In this document: positions 10,528 through 22,371 of the stretch, piece after piece | Layout: every line of letters starts with the position of its first letter | Position numbering within the stretch: position 1 is the stretch's first letter | Assembly (NCBI GenBank): GCA_032718475.1 | Contig: JAUCBJ010000856.1 | Location: forward strand, 1 to 37,667 | Source: Nemertoderma westbladi | Lineage: Eukaryota > Animalia > Xenacoelomorpha | Reading direction: 5' to 3' | DNA: 37,667 bases | Notes under the pieces: model-generated | The model's input: the letters and a program-made list of their open reading frames with translations, nothing else | Database searches by the model: none | Told to the model about the DNA's origin: nothing | Made by a program: the position numbers and the translations under genes

Positions 10528-11891
10528 TAGTAGTAGTAGTAGTAGTGTAAGTTCCCGTGGCGTGGGTGCGATCAGGCTTTCCCTGGCTTAATAAGCCTAA
10601 AAAAAGGTTCTCCCATTCAATATAAAATATGGTATAAATTGTAAACCGGTAATTTACTCAAACAATAGCGTTTGTTCGCGATTAAAATTCTTGTTAAATT
10701 GAAATAATTCCATGCAAACAAACATGAAAAATTAAAATATCACAACAATTAAATCGCAAAAAATTGACTTTGGACTTTGGAATTATAACATTATTTGGTA
10801 ATCAGCACAAGGAAATACAAAAAACGCATCTACCATATATAAATTAAATGGAGAGAGTAAATATTGAACTATAAATTATCCATTAGCTGTTAATAACGTT
10901 TGGATATTTACAAAAAAAATATACGACAACAAGAAAGAATATTCTAGGTTTATTCCTACAAATAACAGGGACCAGAATCGAAAATTGACTTAAGATAGAG
11001 TGTTGCACTTTAATTACATAATACAAAAAACACGAATTAATTAATTATCCATTCAATAAACGAGTTGTAAGTAAATATATAATTTATTCCACAAAATTGC
11101 CTTTGTGGGAGATTTACAATTTATAGTATACTGTAGTAGTGCTGTACTGTCAGTATTTCCTGTCATGTATGATTAATAATAATAATAAAAATAATAATAT
11201 ACTCAGTGGTGTACAACTGCTATCTGTATCAATTCAATAGTCAGCAACCGTAGTTCGTTGCAGTTCTGGTACTGGTAGATCCATCACACATATACTTGTG
11301 GGGCGAGCCACGAAGTGAACAAAGCCTTAGCATAGGGGTACAATTAACGAGTTGTCTGTCGTCGTCTAATTTTTGATCGTTAATAACTCCGTCAATCATT
11401 GATGAAATTTAACCAAACGTGGTACGTATGCAGTCTCGTGCTGAGCGAAGGCCCCGCTAACAATTATTATATTGTTTACTGAGAGAAAGGTTATGTGAAA
11501 ACGCAATGAGGGGAAGAAAAAAAGGAAATTCTGTGGTATAAAATTACGTATTACATTAAAAACAAATAGCTAGCTTTTCCCCTTTATATAAACCCTTTGA
11601 TTAAACAAATTATAGCAGAAAAAAAGTAGAAAAAAAGTCTATTTGTTTCCCATGTAGCCCCCATAGAACTCAAACTAAGTATTCCAATACGAGTATCAAA
11701 CATTATCTCTCTACCATTATAAATATTTAATACTATAAATTATATTATTATATGTAATTGAAAGCAGTAAAACTTAAATTAAAAATAACAAAAACTAGAA
11801 CAAATTATATAATTCAACTTGTATGTAATTTATGATTTGTATTTTATAGTTTATAAAATATAGAATATATTAAGTATTTACATCCTGAAGT

Positions 11892-12319
11892 GTAAAATAG
11901 CACTTTATAGCACTACAGCTGAATAACTGGAACAAAGTGCAACACCATGGAGTAAAATAGCACTTTATAGCACTACAGCTGAATAACTGGAACAAAGTGC
12001 AACACCATGGAGTAAAATAGCACTTTATAGCACTACAGGTGAATAACTGGAACAAAGTGCAACACCATGGAGTAAAATAGCACTTTATAGCACTACAGCT
12101 GAATAACTGGAACAAAGTGCAACACCATGGAGTAAAATAGCACTTTATAGCACTACAGCTGAATAACTGGAACAAAGTGCAACACCATGGAGTAAAATAG
12201 CACTTTATAGCACTACAGCTGAATAACTGGAACAAAGTGCAACACCATGGAGTAAAATAACACTTTATAGCACAAAAGCTGAATAACTGGAACAAAGTGC
12301 AACACCATGGAGTAAAATA
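11892..12319. repeat. 60-bp minisatellite, about 7 copies
   Basis: Unit GTAAAATAGCACTTTATAGCACTACAGCTGAATAACTGGAACAAAGTGCAACACCATGGA. Copies are near-identical. Confidence 0.97.
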
Positions 12320-12452
12320 AATAAACAATAAATATGCACCGGACCGGTACATAATTTTATTTCGAAATTGAAACACTAGGTTCACTCAGTGATGGTAGCA
12401 CGTCGAATTATTAGACACAATAATACTTATTGTATATATAAATTATATAGTA

Positions 12453-12462
12453 CAGAGGCGTA

Positions 12463-12493
<31 letters not shown>

Positions 12494-12958
12494 CTGGGCG
12501 CCAACAGAAAGGGGCGCCAAAATGGCTTTCTTGAGTTGTTATTATTTGCATTTGTCGATATTATAAACATAACAAGTATAATTTCAATGTTTAAATCGGG
12601 AATATTTTTAATTTTAATAATAATTTAATTTTTTTATACAAAATCTGTTACCAATCTAACATCCCCCCCCCCTTAAAACAGATATCGGAGATATTAATTA
12701 ATTATCGTGATAAAAACTATGGAATTTACTTACTGCCTTACTGACTTACTGCTTACTGCTTTGAATAAGGGGCAACAATACTACAGCACTGTGTAATATT
12801 TGAAATAGGGCAACTACATTTATTATATTTATGATTACTCATAAAAAATGTCAACATTCAATGGGTTTATGATAAATTTTATTACTTGGGGGAGGGGGGG
12901 GGGGGGGGGCTAAAAGCTTGTTTACCTCCGGTTGCTGAAAAACCACGCTACGCCTCTG
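12453..12958. mobile_element. hAT-like MITE (CAGAGGCGTAG termini)
   Basis: 11-bp TIR CAGAGGCGTAG / CTACGCCTCTG. The 8-bp flanks ATATAGTA / ATAAACTA match at 6/8 (decayed TSD). Subterminal poly-G tracts. Same TIR as 35415-35787. Confidence 0.75.
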
Positions 12959-13022
12959 ATAAACTATCATGTAATATAATAAGAAAAAAACGTTTTTATA
13001 CTTTGATGTAATTTCTTCTAAT

Positions 13023-13028
13023 TTTATT
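13023..13028 (-). terminator. Candidate polyadenylation signal for the PKD gene
   Basis: AATAAA on the minus strand ~715 nt after the stop codon, followed by a CA and a U-rich GTTTTTTTCTT element. Other AATAAA hexamers exist (e.g. ~13586), so this is not unique. Confidence 0.3.
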
Positions 13029-13742
13029 CCAGACGTTCATATACATGTATTATTAATATATATTATAATATTAACATATATTGAGGGGGAAATTGTTTGT
13101 ATTTCTGAGAGAGACAAATAGGGGGGAATCTTGAAGCAATAAAAATATATCCCCTTCCATAGGAAAATCGACTCAAATAATAGTCTCTGCAAAATAATTA
13201 TAAAATTCTATGCCGTGTCCTACAACTAAAAAGTGGTTGAATACAAAAAAATGGTTGAAATTTCAACTTAAGGTAATTTAATATGGACAACTAAAAGCTA
13301 AATCACAATTAATTAATAAAACTAGTAAAAGTTTGTCACATTCGGTTATTACAGTTTACAGGATAAAATTATTTTGTGTAAGTTAATTAACTGTTAACAA
13401 AAGCCGTACCCAGCCCCCCATTGGAAAATTAATCAAGTAACATGAAGGAAAAACAAAAAGGTGGCGCGTCAATTACCCAACAATAGTGCGTTACTGAGTA
13501 AAAACTAATCAGTGAGTGCTGTTGTGTTGGGAGCATAAAGGATATAATAAATCCATTGATTCCATACGTTCTCCGCTCGGAATTATTTATTTTAGAGAAG
13601 TTAATTGACGTATAGAAACTCGACTTAACTTGAGCTGTAACCGATTTTCCTGCACTTACACTCATTGCCAAAGGTGTATTGCTGTCGATGAACTTGGTAT
13701 TACATTGATTATTTACTTATAGTTTACAAACAATAATATCAT

Positions 13743-16457
13743 CTACTGATGTAAAGGTGGTTTGATTTTAACTAATCCCGTGTCAACCTTCTCCCGTTTG
13801 TATTTGTTCCATCTGTCGTCGTCTGATTCGTGAGTGAGGTAGCGTCTGCCCACCAGCGTCTCCAACTCCAAAAGATCCACCCACAATTGATAATCCTCGA
13901 ACCACGGGTGCAGCAGACCCTTCTCAACCGTGAACCGTTTCCTTATTTTAACCTGGAGTAAACAGCCGATCAGTTCTATGGCGTGACGGTTGATCTCCTT
14001 CCACGGTGTTTTCGGGTACATGAAGGCGGCATTTTGTATCTGGTCGTTGATGTCTTCATCCTCATTGAATGGAAAGGTGCCGGATAAAGCGACATATATA
14101 ATGACTCCGACACTCCACATGTCCAAGGAGCGGTTGTAACCCTTACTGCAGAGGACTTCGGGGGCCAAGTAAGCAGGAGTACCCACCACTGACTTTCGGA
14201 AGGATTTCTCGCCAATGATACGCGCGAATCCGAAATCGCATAATTTCACCTGAGGGAAGGGGCCGTCCGATGTCAATAGGACATTTTCCGGCTTTAAATC
14301 GCAATGAACAATGGCTTTGTTGTGAAGAAATTTTAAAGCCATAAGGATCTGCATAACAAGATACTTAGTACACCTTTCAGTTAGTCGCCCCTTAGCGGAA
14401 CTAAGAATCATCTCTAACATGTCACCTTTGAGTTTCTCCATAACTACAAACACTCGTTCCGGTGTGTCGAACATGCGCTCGAGATTAACAACACCTGGAT
14501 GCGATATGTTCTGGAGGATAGAAACCTCATTTTTTAGTTGGTGCTCCTGTTTGGTAGGAAAGCGGGATTTATCAATAACCTTAACGGCGACTTCTTTGCC
14601 ACCCTTTCTCTGGACAGCGCCATAAACGATTCCAAATTGGCCGCTACCCAGAATATCATCCGGAAATATTTGGTAATGTAAAGAAATGTCCTCCTTGCAG
14701 GCGACCGGAGCCACTAGCAGACTCGGCTGGCACGAACCACTGCTGGGGACTCGCAGCATGTTACCGTGCTCGTGTTCCAGAGGAGAGATCATGTCGAGAC
14801 TGGCCGTAGGCGTGATGCTAGGCGGGCGCAGGGCGTCCTGTAGGGTCTGGCACCACTGCGAGCCAAGCCGTGTGCCCGTGCCTCGCTCGTTGTCCGTCCG
14901 CTCGTTCACCTCGCCCGCGTAGAATTCCAGGTTCACCGTAGATATCAGAAACACCGCGGACGGTTTCGGTGCATCTGGAGGCAGCTCATTCGGGGCCACG
15001 TCCTCGATGTGTAGCACCTCCGCTAAGGGGACATCTTTATAGTACTTCGACCCTTTATCGCTGTGATACAATGTGAGAGATTTGGTGTCCAAACGCCAAT
15101 AGTGACGTTTCCGCATGCTATCCTTGTTCGAGTAATGGACCATCCAGCCTTCCTTGAGCACAGTAGTGCCTTTACGTTTAGTCTGCCGAACGGACTGGAC
15201 GATTCTCATCAAGGGAATATTGTTGCTGAGATCGGTATCAAGAGGTTTCAGCCTGTCAGTGCCAGCCATGAAGGGTGTATCTTCGGTTTCATTGTCAGCG
15301 TAGCCCTGCTCTATTTCTTCCGCTTCCATGTCGATCATAAATATCGGATTGGTGATATCTTGGTCGCTACCTGTGCCGTCATCCCCGTCGCTGGACGCAA
15401 CAGAGATTATGTCTGACATCCCGTCATCAACTTGAATCTCCGATGGGTCTGCAGACCGAGGTTCGCCTTCACACTGACTCGGAATTTTACTTAAACATTT
15501 CTTATGGGAATTGAGTTTGCAATCTCTGCATTGGTATCCCTGTCGAAATAAACCCTTTAACAGTTTCTTGCAGTTGAAACAGACTGTTGGTTTCTTATAG
15601 GAATGTATTGAGAAGGTGTGCGGGACTTTGACTTTCTCTTGCATCGCTTTCTCCACCCAGAGAGGCCGACCATTCCATGAGGCTCGCTTTGCATACTTCC
15701 AGAGATCGACGTACTTGAGGTTGGGTGAGGTGAGATAGCCCTGGTGCTGCGGGCTGGTCCCTGTAGGTTGAGGTGTCTGGGTGCCGCTACCCGGTATGTC
15801 GCCACAGAAACTACCGCCGGGGGAGCGCAGCGGCAATACCGGCTCCCCCGCGAGGGAGTCTGACTCACGGAGGAGCAGTTTGAGATCGGGGGTGGAGCAG
15901 ACGGTGAGACCGGTAGGCATCGGTGTCATAGAGGCCTTCCTGTCCCGGCGTCGAGTCTGCGCACAGTTGTTGGGGATCTTATAGACGCATCGCTTGTGGA
16001 AATTAAGACCGCAACCCTCACATTTGAGACCTTGTCGGACCAATCCAAATAGCATCTCTCCGCAGTGGTCGCAGAATGCGGGAGCCCTGTACGAGTGGAC
16101 GAATAGGGCATGAGGCCGAATGGCTTGGTCTGCCCGTGTCGCTTTCGCTGAAAGAACCACCTCTATAAGGTCGCCTTCTTTAACATCATTGGCTGATTGT
16201 AATAAAGTCAACTCGTAGGGTTGTACATTGGAATGGCGAAATAATACAACTCTATCAGAAATTCCATAGAAACCGTGTTCTGGAAATTCAGATTCTATAA
16301 TTGAACAGGCGATGTCTTTGACATTCTGTAAATTCGGATCAATTAACTCCAAACTAACATATCGACGATACACGCCTATTTGGAGATCAAAGCTGACCTC
16401 CTGGTCACCAGGCGATGCACAAATATTCCCATTAATAGATACACTAACTTCGGCCAT
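13743..16457 (-). CDS. PRKD: Serine/threonine protein kinase D (PKD/PKC-mu family), single coding exon, 904 aa
   Basis: N-terminal ubiquitin-like region. C1a HALFVHSYRAPAFCDHCGEMLFGLVRQGLKCEGCGLNFHKRC. C1b HTFSIHSYKKPTVCFNC...HKKC. Acidic linker. PH domain EGWMVHYSNKDSMRKRHYWRLD. Kinase domain LGSGQFG, VAVK, HCDLKPEN, DFG and the PKD activation loop SFRKSVVGTPAYLAPE. ATG in strong context (A at -3, G at +4). Confidence 0.96.
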   Translation of the reverse strand: MAEVSVSINGNICASPGDQEVSFDLQIGVYRRYVSLELIDPNLQNVKDIACSIIESEFPEHGFYGISDRVVLFRHSNVQPYELTLLQSANDVKEGDLIEVVLSAKATRADQAIRPHALFVHSYRAPAFCDHCGEMLFGLVRQGLKCEGCGLNFHKRCVYKIPNNCAQTRRRDRKASMTPMPTGLTVCSTPDLKLLLRESDSLAGEPVLPLRSPGGSFCGDIPGSGTQTPQPTGTSPQHQGYLTSPNLKYVDLWKYAKRASWNGRPLWVEKAMQEKVKVPHTFSIHSYKKPTVCFNCKKLLKGLFRQGYQCRDCKLNSHKKCLSKIPSQCEGEPRSADPSEIQVDDGMSDIISVASSDGDDGTGSDQDITNPIFMIDMEAEEIEQGYADNETEDTPFMAGTDRLKPLDTDLSNNIPLMRIVQSVRQTKRKGTTVLKEGWMVHYSNKDSMRKRHYWRLDTKSLTLYHSDKGSKYYKDVPLAEVLHIEDVAPNELPPDAPKPSAVFLISTVNLEFYAGEVNERTDNERGTGTRLGSQWCQTLQDALRPPSITPTASLDMISPLEHEHGNMLRVPSSGSCQPSLLVAPVACKEDISLHYQIFPDDILGSGQFGIVYGAVQRKGGKEVAVKVIDKSRFPTKQEHQLKNEVSILQNISHPGVVNLERMFDTPERVFVVMEKLKGDMLEMILSSAKGRLTERCTKYLVMQILMALKFLHNKAIVHCDLKPENVLLTSDGPFPQVKLCDFGFARIIGEKSFRKSVVGTPAYLAPEVLCSKGYNRSLDMWSVGVIIYVALSGTFPFNEDEDINDQIQNAAFMYPKTPWKEINRHAIELIGCLLQVKIRKRFTVEKGLLHPWFEDYQLWVDLLELETLVGRRYLTHESDDDRWNKYKREKVDTGLVKIKPPLHQ

Positions 16458-17400
16458 TATGCGACATAGAGAACAATTAATATTATCAAACTAAAAAACT
16501 AAGACAAATAGATCTGAAAAAATGAACTTTTTAACACATTTCAATTTTCGGAACTTTCTGAAAGTTTATTATTATTATTTCTACTGCGTGGGAAACAAAA
16601 CTAGCGGGATTAAAGGATTTCATGACAGTTAAAGCAACGAATGTTGGAGCAACTCAACTGCGAGGGATTCAATCCGCTGTGCCTTTGCAGTGGCCACTAG
16701 TACCAGGTAGGTAACGACGCACTTGTGTAACACCGGTGGGACAGCCCAAGCTGTCTCCTGATTCGCGGATTAATCGACATCCTCCGAGATTCATATGGGA
16801 TGCCCCTCGAGAGCTCCAGTCACTTTTAGATGAGAAACACTCCTTATGTTGATTATGGTTACTGAAGAGAAACTTATGCACAAAAATGTGGATTATGAAT
16901 TTGCATAATTTCGGACGTTAGGTACACAACAGAGAATACTATTAACCTAAGCAACACTGTTAGGAATTATGTGTAATATTGTTACAAGATGTAATTGTTT
17001 CTTACAGGGTTGTACAAAGTGTTTATTTGAATGGAGTGAATTTAAATTTGATGGTTAAATTGGGGGGGGGGGGGGGGGGGGGGGTAAATATTTACAAATT
17101 AATATTGTACTATATTCAAGCAAGTTGCTATGAAAACAACAACTAAACGTGATCTACATCGACAAATTTAATTGGCAAATTAATTAATTGGATATCAATA
17201 ACTTTATAACTATTCAGTTGTGATGACTGAATCACCACAGGCGACTCCCAAAAAAATATATAAATAAATAAATCACCACATTGCTTAAAATTTGAAAAAA
17301 CTAAAACAACAACACCGAAACGAGTTAGCGGTAAAGAATTTACATTATTACAAGTACCGGTATAGCAGTTAGTACACGCTGACCAGGGATCGTACGGTAC

Positions 17401-17655
17401 TACCGCTACCGCAACCGCTACTGCTACCGCTACCGCTACCGCTACCGCTACCGCTACCGCCACCCTTACTGCTACCGCTACCGCTACCGCTACCGCTACC
17501 GCTACCGCTACCGCTACCGCTACCGCTACCGCTACCGCTACCGCTACCGCTACCGCTACCGCTACCGCTACCGCTACCGCTACCGCTACCGCTACCGCTA
17601 CCGCTACCGCTACCGCTACCGCTACCGCTACCGCTACCGCTACCGCTACCGCTAC
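17401..17655. repeat. (TACCGC)n hexanucleotide microsatellite
   Basis: About 42 units, imperfect at the left end. A short degenerate run also occurs at 18283-18327. Confidence 0.96.
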
Positions 17656-19448
17656 TACAGTATTGGCGGTAGTTGGTTTTTAGTTTTTACTAATTACAGT
17701 ATGCAAGTTTCCAATTGGAGTGCTGCCTCTGCCTGCCCATGGAATTCATGTTAAATTGATAATTGAATAACAAGTGCCTAAGAAGTACAACTTTTACTCT
17801 GTGTTCCATAATTAAGTTAAGTTGAAGTTCATCAGTGTCATAACAGGCTGAAACAGCAGAAATAGTAATAGGCCTAGTCAAATTATTTGAAATAGTCAAA
17901 TAATTTTCTAAAATAATAATCCTGATTTCGTATAACTATGAAATTATTAAGATATAAATTTTTTATGATACGAAAAAATACAAAAACTTATTTCGTATCA
18001 TATCGCATTATCTTACAATCACATTCATATCATATTGTATCCTTTATTTTATACCTTCAAAAATTACCATATAATCAGAATAAACGTTCAGCCATTATTA
18101 CTGCAGTTACACATTACATATGAAAAATTGATTCGTATGTATCGTATTTTCTGTCAACAAAAGCAAAAATAAATGAAAATTTATTAATTCAAGAAAACAA
18201 TTTACCAAAAATAAACGCCACACTTAAAAAAAAAACGTCAAAAAGTGAGCGTCTAACTTCATTAATAACAGCTACAGATTTTGCTACCGCTACCGCAAAG
18301 CCATACCGTTACCGCTACCGCTACCGCAAAAAGTAACTGACCCTGACCCTGACGCGTAATTATAACTTTTAGTAAGCCTACTGCAACTGAAGTGCCAAAA
18401 AGTACCGGTCTAGACATAATATATTCTCGTTTTCTTAGAATAGGGCAAATATTCATAAAGTAGTGTCTATATATTACTTACAATATTAATTACTCTAACG
18501 CAGATAATACAGTGTCAGTACCAGACGAACTTATAATATAGGTTGTTCCTCTAAATAAAAATAATAAATAAGTTGAACCTTGTATTACAATTACAGACAT
18601 CAAAACTAAACGACCGGCTAATCAAGCCGATCTCGACTTTTTGATCGCCCCATGAATCTCTTGTATTCGTTAAGAAGGTTAATAATATATAGCGACCCAA
18701 ACTGAGGATCTAAGTTACTATTTAGCGAGGGCGAGTCAAAACTGCGAGCCATCAGCGAACTGTTACAATTATACCATGGTCGTTTTCAGGAAGTCTGTAT
18801 GTGTGTGTGTTTCAGTGCGTGTATGTCGGAAGCCAAGCTATAACTAGCCGCAGTATAATTATAATTGTTCGCTAAGACGGCTTGCAGCTTTTGCTGCACC
18901 AAGGCCTCACTCGTGTTATATTTAATATGTTAATTAATTAAATTAATTAACAAAATAGTGGTTTATTATACAACGATTTATAATAACAATAATAGAATGA
19001 ATATAAATGCCTAAGCAGTAAACCGAAGGCAAATATAAAGATGGCAATAAAGAATACCTTTAGACTCGAATGTCTTATCATACCCACCATATACAGTACA
19101 GTAGTCGTCCTTAATTATTACCATCATATAGAATAATAATATTATCAGTTTATTGACCGTAAATAATGTACGTTTGCCCAACTCAGAATCTCACAAAACT
19201 ATAATTATTTGCTCGTCCAAAAAGCAATGATTACCAACATAGCGTTACACTATGGGTTCCCAACAAACAGGTACCACCACACGGCGCATTTATTGACATC
19301 GCAATGCCAGATTAATAATTATCTGACGGCTTCATCCTGGGAACTGGTTCATCCCGAAGTTAACGTAAATAAATCCTAATAAAGTAAGAATTCGCTACAC
19401 TCCCTAGCGGAAAACAGGAAACCTGGAGGTAAAACCATCTAATGGAAA

Positions 19449-19721
19449 CCGTATTTACTCGAATAAAACGCCCCAGGAATAATCGCCCCATGGACTGTAA
19501 AGTTAGCCTCTCCGAATAAACGCCCGGGCGTTTATCATTATTATGCCCACTAATGGCTAAATGGAAGGTTTTGTTACTATTTCATTTCTTTGTATGGAAT
19601 TATTTTCGCACTATCAAATCGTCATGGCGACATATTTTCCAACTTTATATCGCAGTGCGACATTATTTCTCATTATGTCCCTACGACATAGATTTAATGT
19701 ACTTTCTAAATAATAATACGG
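19449..19721. mobile_element. Possible decayed Tc1/mariner-pogo-type MITE
   Basis: Left end CCGTATTTACTCGAATAAAACGCCCC with internal GAATAAACGCCC repeats. Possible right end AATACGG|TA at 19715-19723. The left TA is missing and the TIR match is short. Confidence 0.35.
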
Positions 19722-20860
19722 TAACTATTTCACAATTCTAAAACTTACAAAATTTAAATGAACCAACGGACATGACATACATAACCCGAGGCGTTATCCA
19801 CTACGCTAATTTGGTACGAGATGAAAGTGTTTATAATTAACAAGTCATGCTATACTGTTACAATGTTGTTCTAGAAAGTTTAAGTGTGAATATTAATAAT
19901 ACGGTATATATATATAATTATGAATAATTCCCCTCCCCACCCATAAATAATAATAATATACGTCATTGTTCATATTATAGCAGTTTATAGCGTTACGGCA
20001 CGAGTGATGTTGATAATAAAACGGGGGCGAATATAAAAACCAAATGTATATAAATTGTAGTCGATTGGGAAAGACTAATTGAACAAGGAACAGTGGGAAC
20101 AAGGGGTAGGATCAAAGACAAACTAGTTGCTATACCTATAAATCAATGTAACATCATTGTTACATAGTACCGGACACTGAATGGTATATACCGGTACTGG
20201 TACATTGAAAAGTATAAATAAAAATTATATAGATAGATACTACCTAAAACTTACCAAGATAATCAGCAGGGTTCATACAATTCACTCGAATATAGATATC
20301 TCTGCAACCTTCACCAACATATATATACCGGTATGGGTATATATACAATCTAAAATAGAAAAATTATAAATATAATAATTATGTCTGTAAATATGAAAGC
20401 AAACAGCTGTAATTTACGCTATGGGGGTTTTCGTTGGCGGTTATTTCAATTCTGATATATATTGGTTTTCACGTTTGGTAAAGTCTAATATATGTCTTCC
20501 TGTCTGTCTGTCGACTGGTCTGTCAGTCAATATAATATAAAACACACCACGTAAATATTTCGCATTTCTGAGATTTGTCTGTTTCTCAAAATGTGGATCC
20601 GAATTCTGTATAGGGAATTATCCACGTTCACCGCACTCTAAGTGCATTATGTTTCGCAATTTCACTTCACTTTCCAAATGGGAAGTTTATCTTCAAGTTG
20701 GGCAGTTAATTATACTACACGGACAGTTAGTTATCTAGTCAGTTATCTCCAAATGAAATGCGTTGTTGAAAAATAGATTAACTGGAAGGGAAGTTGACCG
20801 GCATTTATATGAAATAATTAAGCGGAATTGACGTCAGAATTCAGACATCCTTTCCTAAAA

Positions 20861-22339
20861 TTTAAAGCTCATCTATCCCATCATAGTAGACATGTACCGA
20901 ACAACAAGAGTCCCACAAGAAATGAAAACAAATAAATTGGTGCCAGTTCCCAAGAAGGGCAACCTAACACTCTATGGTTCTTTTCGGAGAATCTCATTGA
21001 TCTCGATTGCTGCAAAGCTATACAATAGGATTCTATTAAATCGCATCAGGGATCCCATTGAGAGACTGCTCCGTGGAAATCAGAATGGGTTCCGTAAAGG
21101 TCGTGGGACCATGGAGCCCATTTTGGCACTTAGAAGGATAATTGAAGAGTTATCAAAAAAGAAAGACAGGCATCTGGCTGTTATCTTTGTTGACTTCAAG
21201 CCCTTTGATTCAGTCTCTCGCTCACGTATGTTCAGCATACTTTCATTATATGGGATTCCTGATGAAATTATTGCAGCAATCAGATCAGTATACGATGGTT
21301 CGACAACATTTGTGTCTACTGTTGACGGTGACACAGAACCATTTGAAGTGTTTATGGGGCGTCCTCCAAGGAGACACACTTGCACCATTCTTGTTCATTA
21401 TTGTGGTTGACTATGTTCTACGCATGTCCTAGATCATCATAATGATGATGGGGTGATGATAACTCCACCTACTGGCTCCAGAAGTCGAGGAAATCCTGCC
21501 AAGTACCTAACTGATCTAGACTTTGCTGATGACTTATGAGTACTCTCAGAATCATTAGAGGGAGCCCAACGGCTCCTCAGCTCATTAGAACATGCTGCTT
21601 CTAGTGTTGGTCTTTTTATTAACTCCAGAAAGACCAAAATTCTGACAGTTAACTTTGAAAGTCCTCAGCAAGTCTCTGATCGGATGAGCATAAGCTCAAA
21701 GGATGGTATGCTTGAGCATGTGGACGACTTCTGTTACCTGGGATCATGGATCCGGAAGTCAGGTGAGGACCTTCGAATACGTAAGGGAAAGGCATGGGCA
21801 GCCTTGAATAGGCTTTCCAGGATTTGGAAGTCACCTAGAATTAATCGGAAACTTAAGGTCCGATTATTTAGAGCAGCAGTAGTTCCAGTACTCCTCTACG
21901 GGAGTCCATGCTGGGCTCTAACTGCTGAGGACACCAAATCTCTGGATGGCACATTCACAAGAATGCTACGCCGGGTTCATTGTGTCAAGTACAATGCACA
22001 CATCTCCAACCAGACACTATATAAGATTGGAGGTGTCTCATTGGTTCCCCCAAGCTTGACACTAGAACAAAATCGCCTCCGCTTTGCAGGACATTGCTTT
22101 CGCCGTGAGGACCAGCCAGTGCATAATCTTGTACTTTGGCAGCCTCATGGAGTGAATAAGCATGGTGGACAGCCCATGACTTTCTTGAGACGCATCTTAA
22201 AGGACACTGGCCTTAAAGATGCGGATGATCTAGCAAATGTCATGGGTGATAGGGAGTTGTGGCGGCGCAATTTTGTTGACAAGCCGGCACAGCATTCTTA
22301 AAAATGCAGCTGCAATGCAGCATACCGATCCTAGTAGTA
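20861..22339 (+). mobile_element. RTE-clade non-LTR retrotransposon, family B, copy 1 (5'-truncated, frameshifted)
   Basis: RT fragments in ORFs 20892, 21142 and 21684 (PVPKKGN, QNGFR, GVLQGDTLAPFLF, YLGSW, RLRFAGHC). Short 3' UTR ...CCGATCC then TAGTAGTA. Near-identical to 25890-29215 and 31674-35351. Confidence 0.93.
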
Positions 22340-22340
22340 C

Positions 22341-22371
22341 CAGTGGCGTAACAATGTAGGCTGGAGCAGGG
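22341..22371. mobile_element. Single hAT-like terminus abutting the RTE-B tail
   Basis: CAGTGGCGTA resembles the CAGAGGCGTA TIRs elsewhere in the window. I did not find the partner end. Confidence 0.3.

Larger units (their letters stand above)
7746..10545 (+). mobile_element. RTE-clade non-LTR retrotransposon, family A, copy 1 (both ends present, most of the APE domain deleted)
   Basis: Starts TCAGGTCAGGT and ends in (TAG)7 at 10525-10545. Possible decayed ~16-bp TSD: TGTAAGATCCACGTTG (7730-7745) vs TGTAAGTTCC-CGTGG (10546-10560). Single APE-RT coding region with no ORF1 and no C-terminal CCHC. Only the end of the APE domain (QLDY...GSDHRIV) remains after ~8300. Confidence 0.9.

Noticed and set aside
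11300-11460. Possible small non-autonomous repeat (similar in style to 18780-18915)
   Set aside because: Termini and TSD could not be defined; needs a repeat-library search.
11870-12385. 171-aa Cys-rich repeat ORF
   Set aside because: Open only because the 60-bp unit has no stop in that frame; non-ATG start and no unique domain.
14419-16494. Plus-strand ORFs antisense to PKD (and similar ORFs antisense to the RTE copies)
   Set aside because: Shadow ORFs of real coding sequence; no independent evidence.
16893-16909. Octamer ATTTGCAT in a near-palindrome as a PKD promoter element
   Set aside because: A single short motif in AT-rich DNA with an unknown TSS is insufficient support.
17143-17463. 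VAVAVA ORF as an upstream PKD exon or signal peptide
   Set aside because: Derived from the (TACCGC)n microsatellite; no supporting features.
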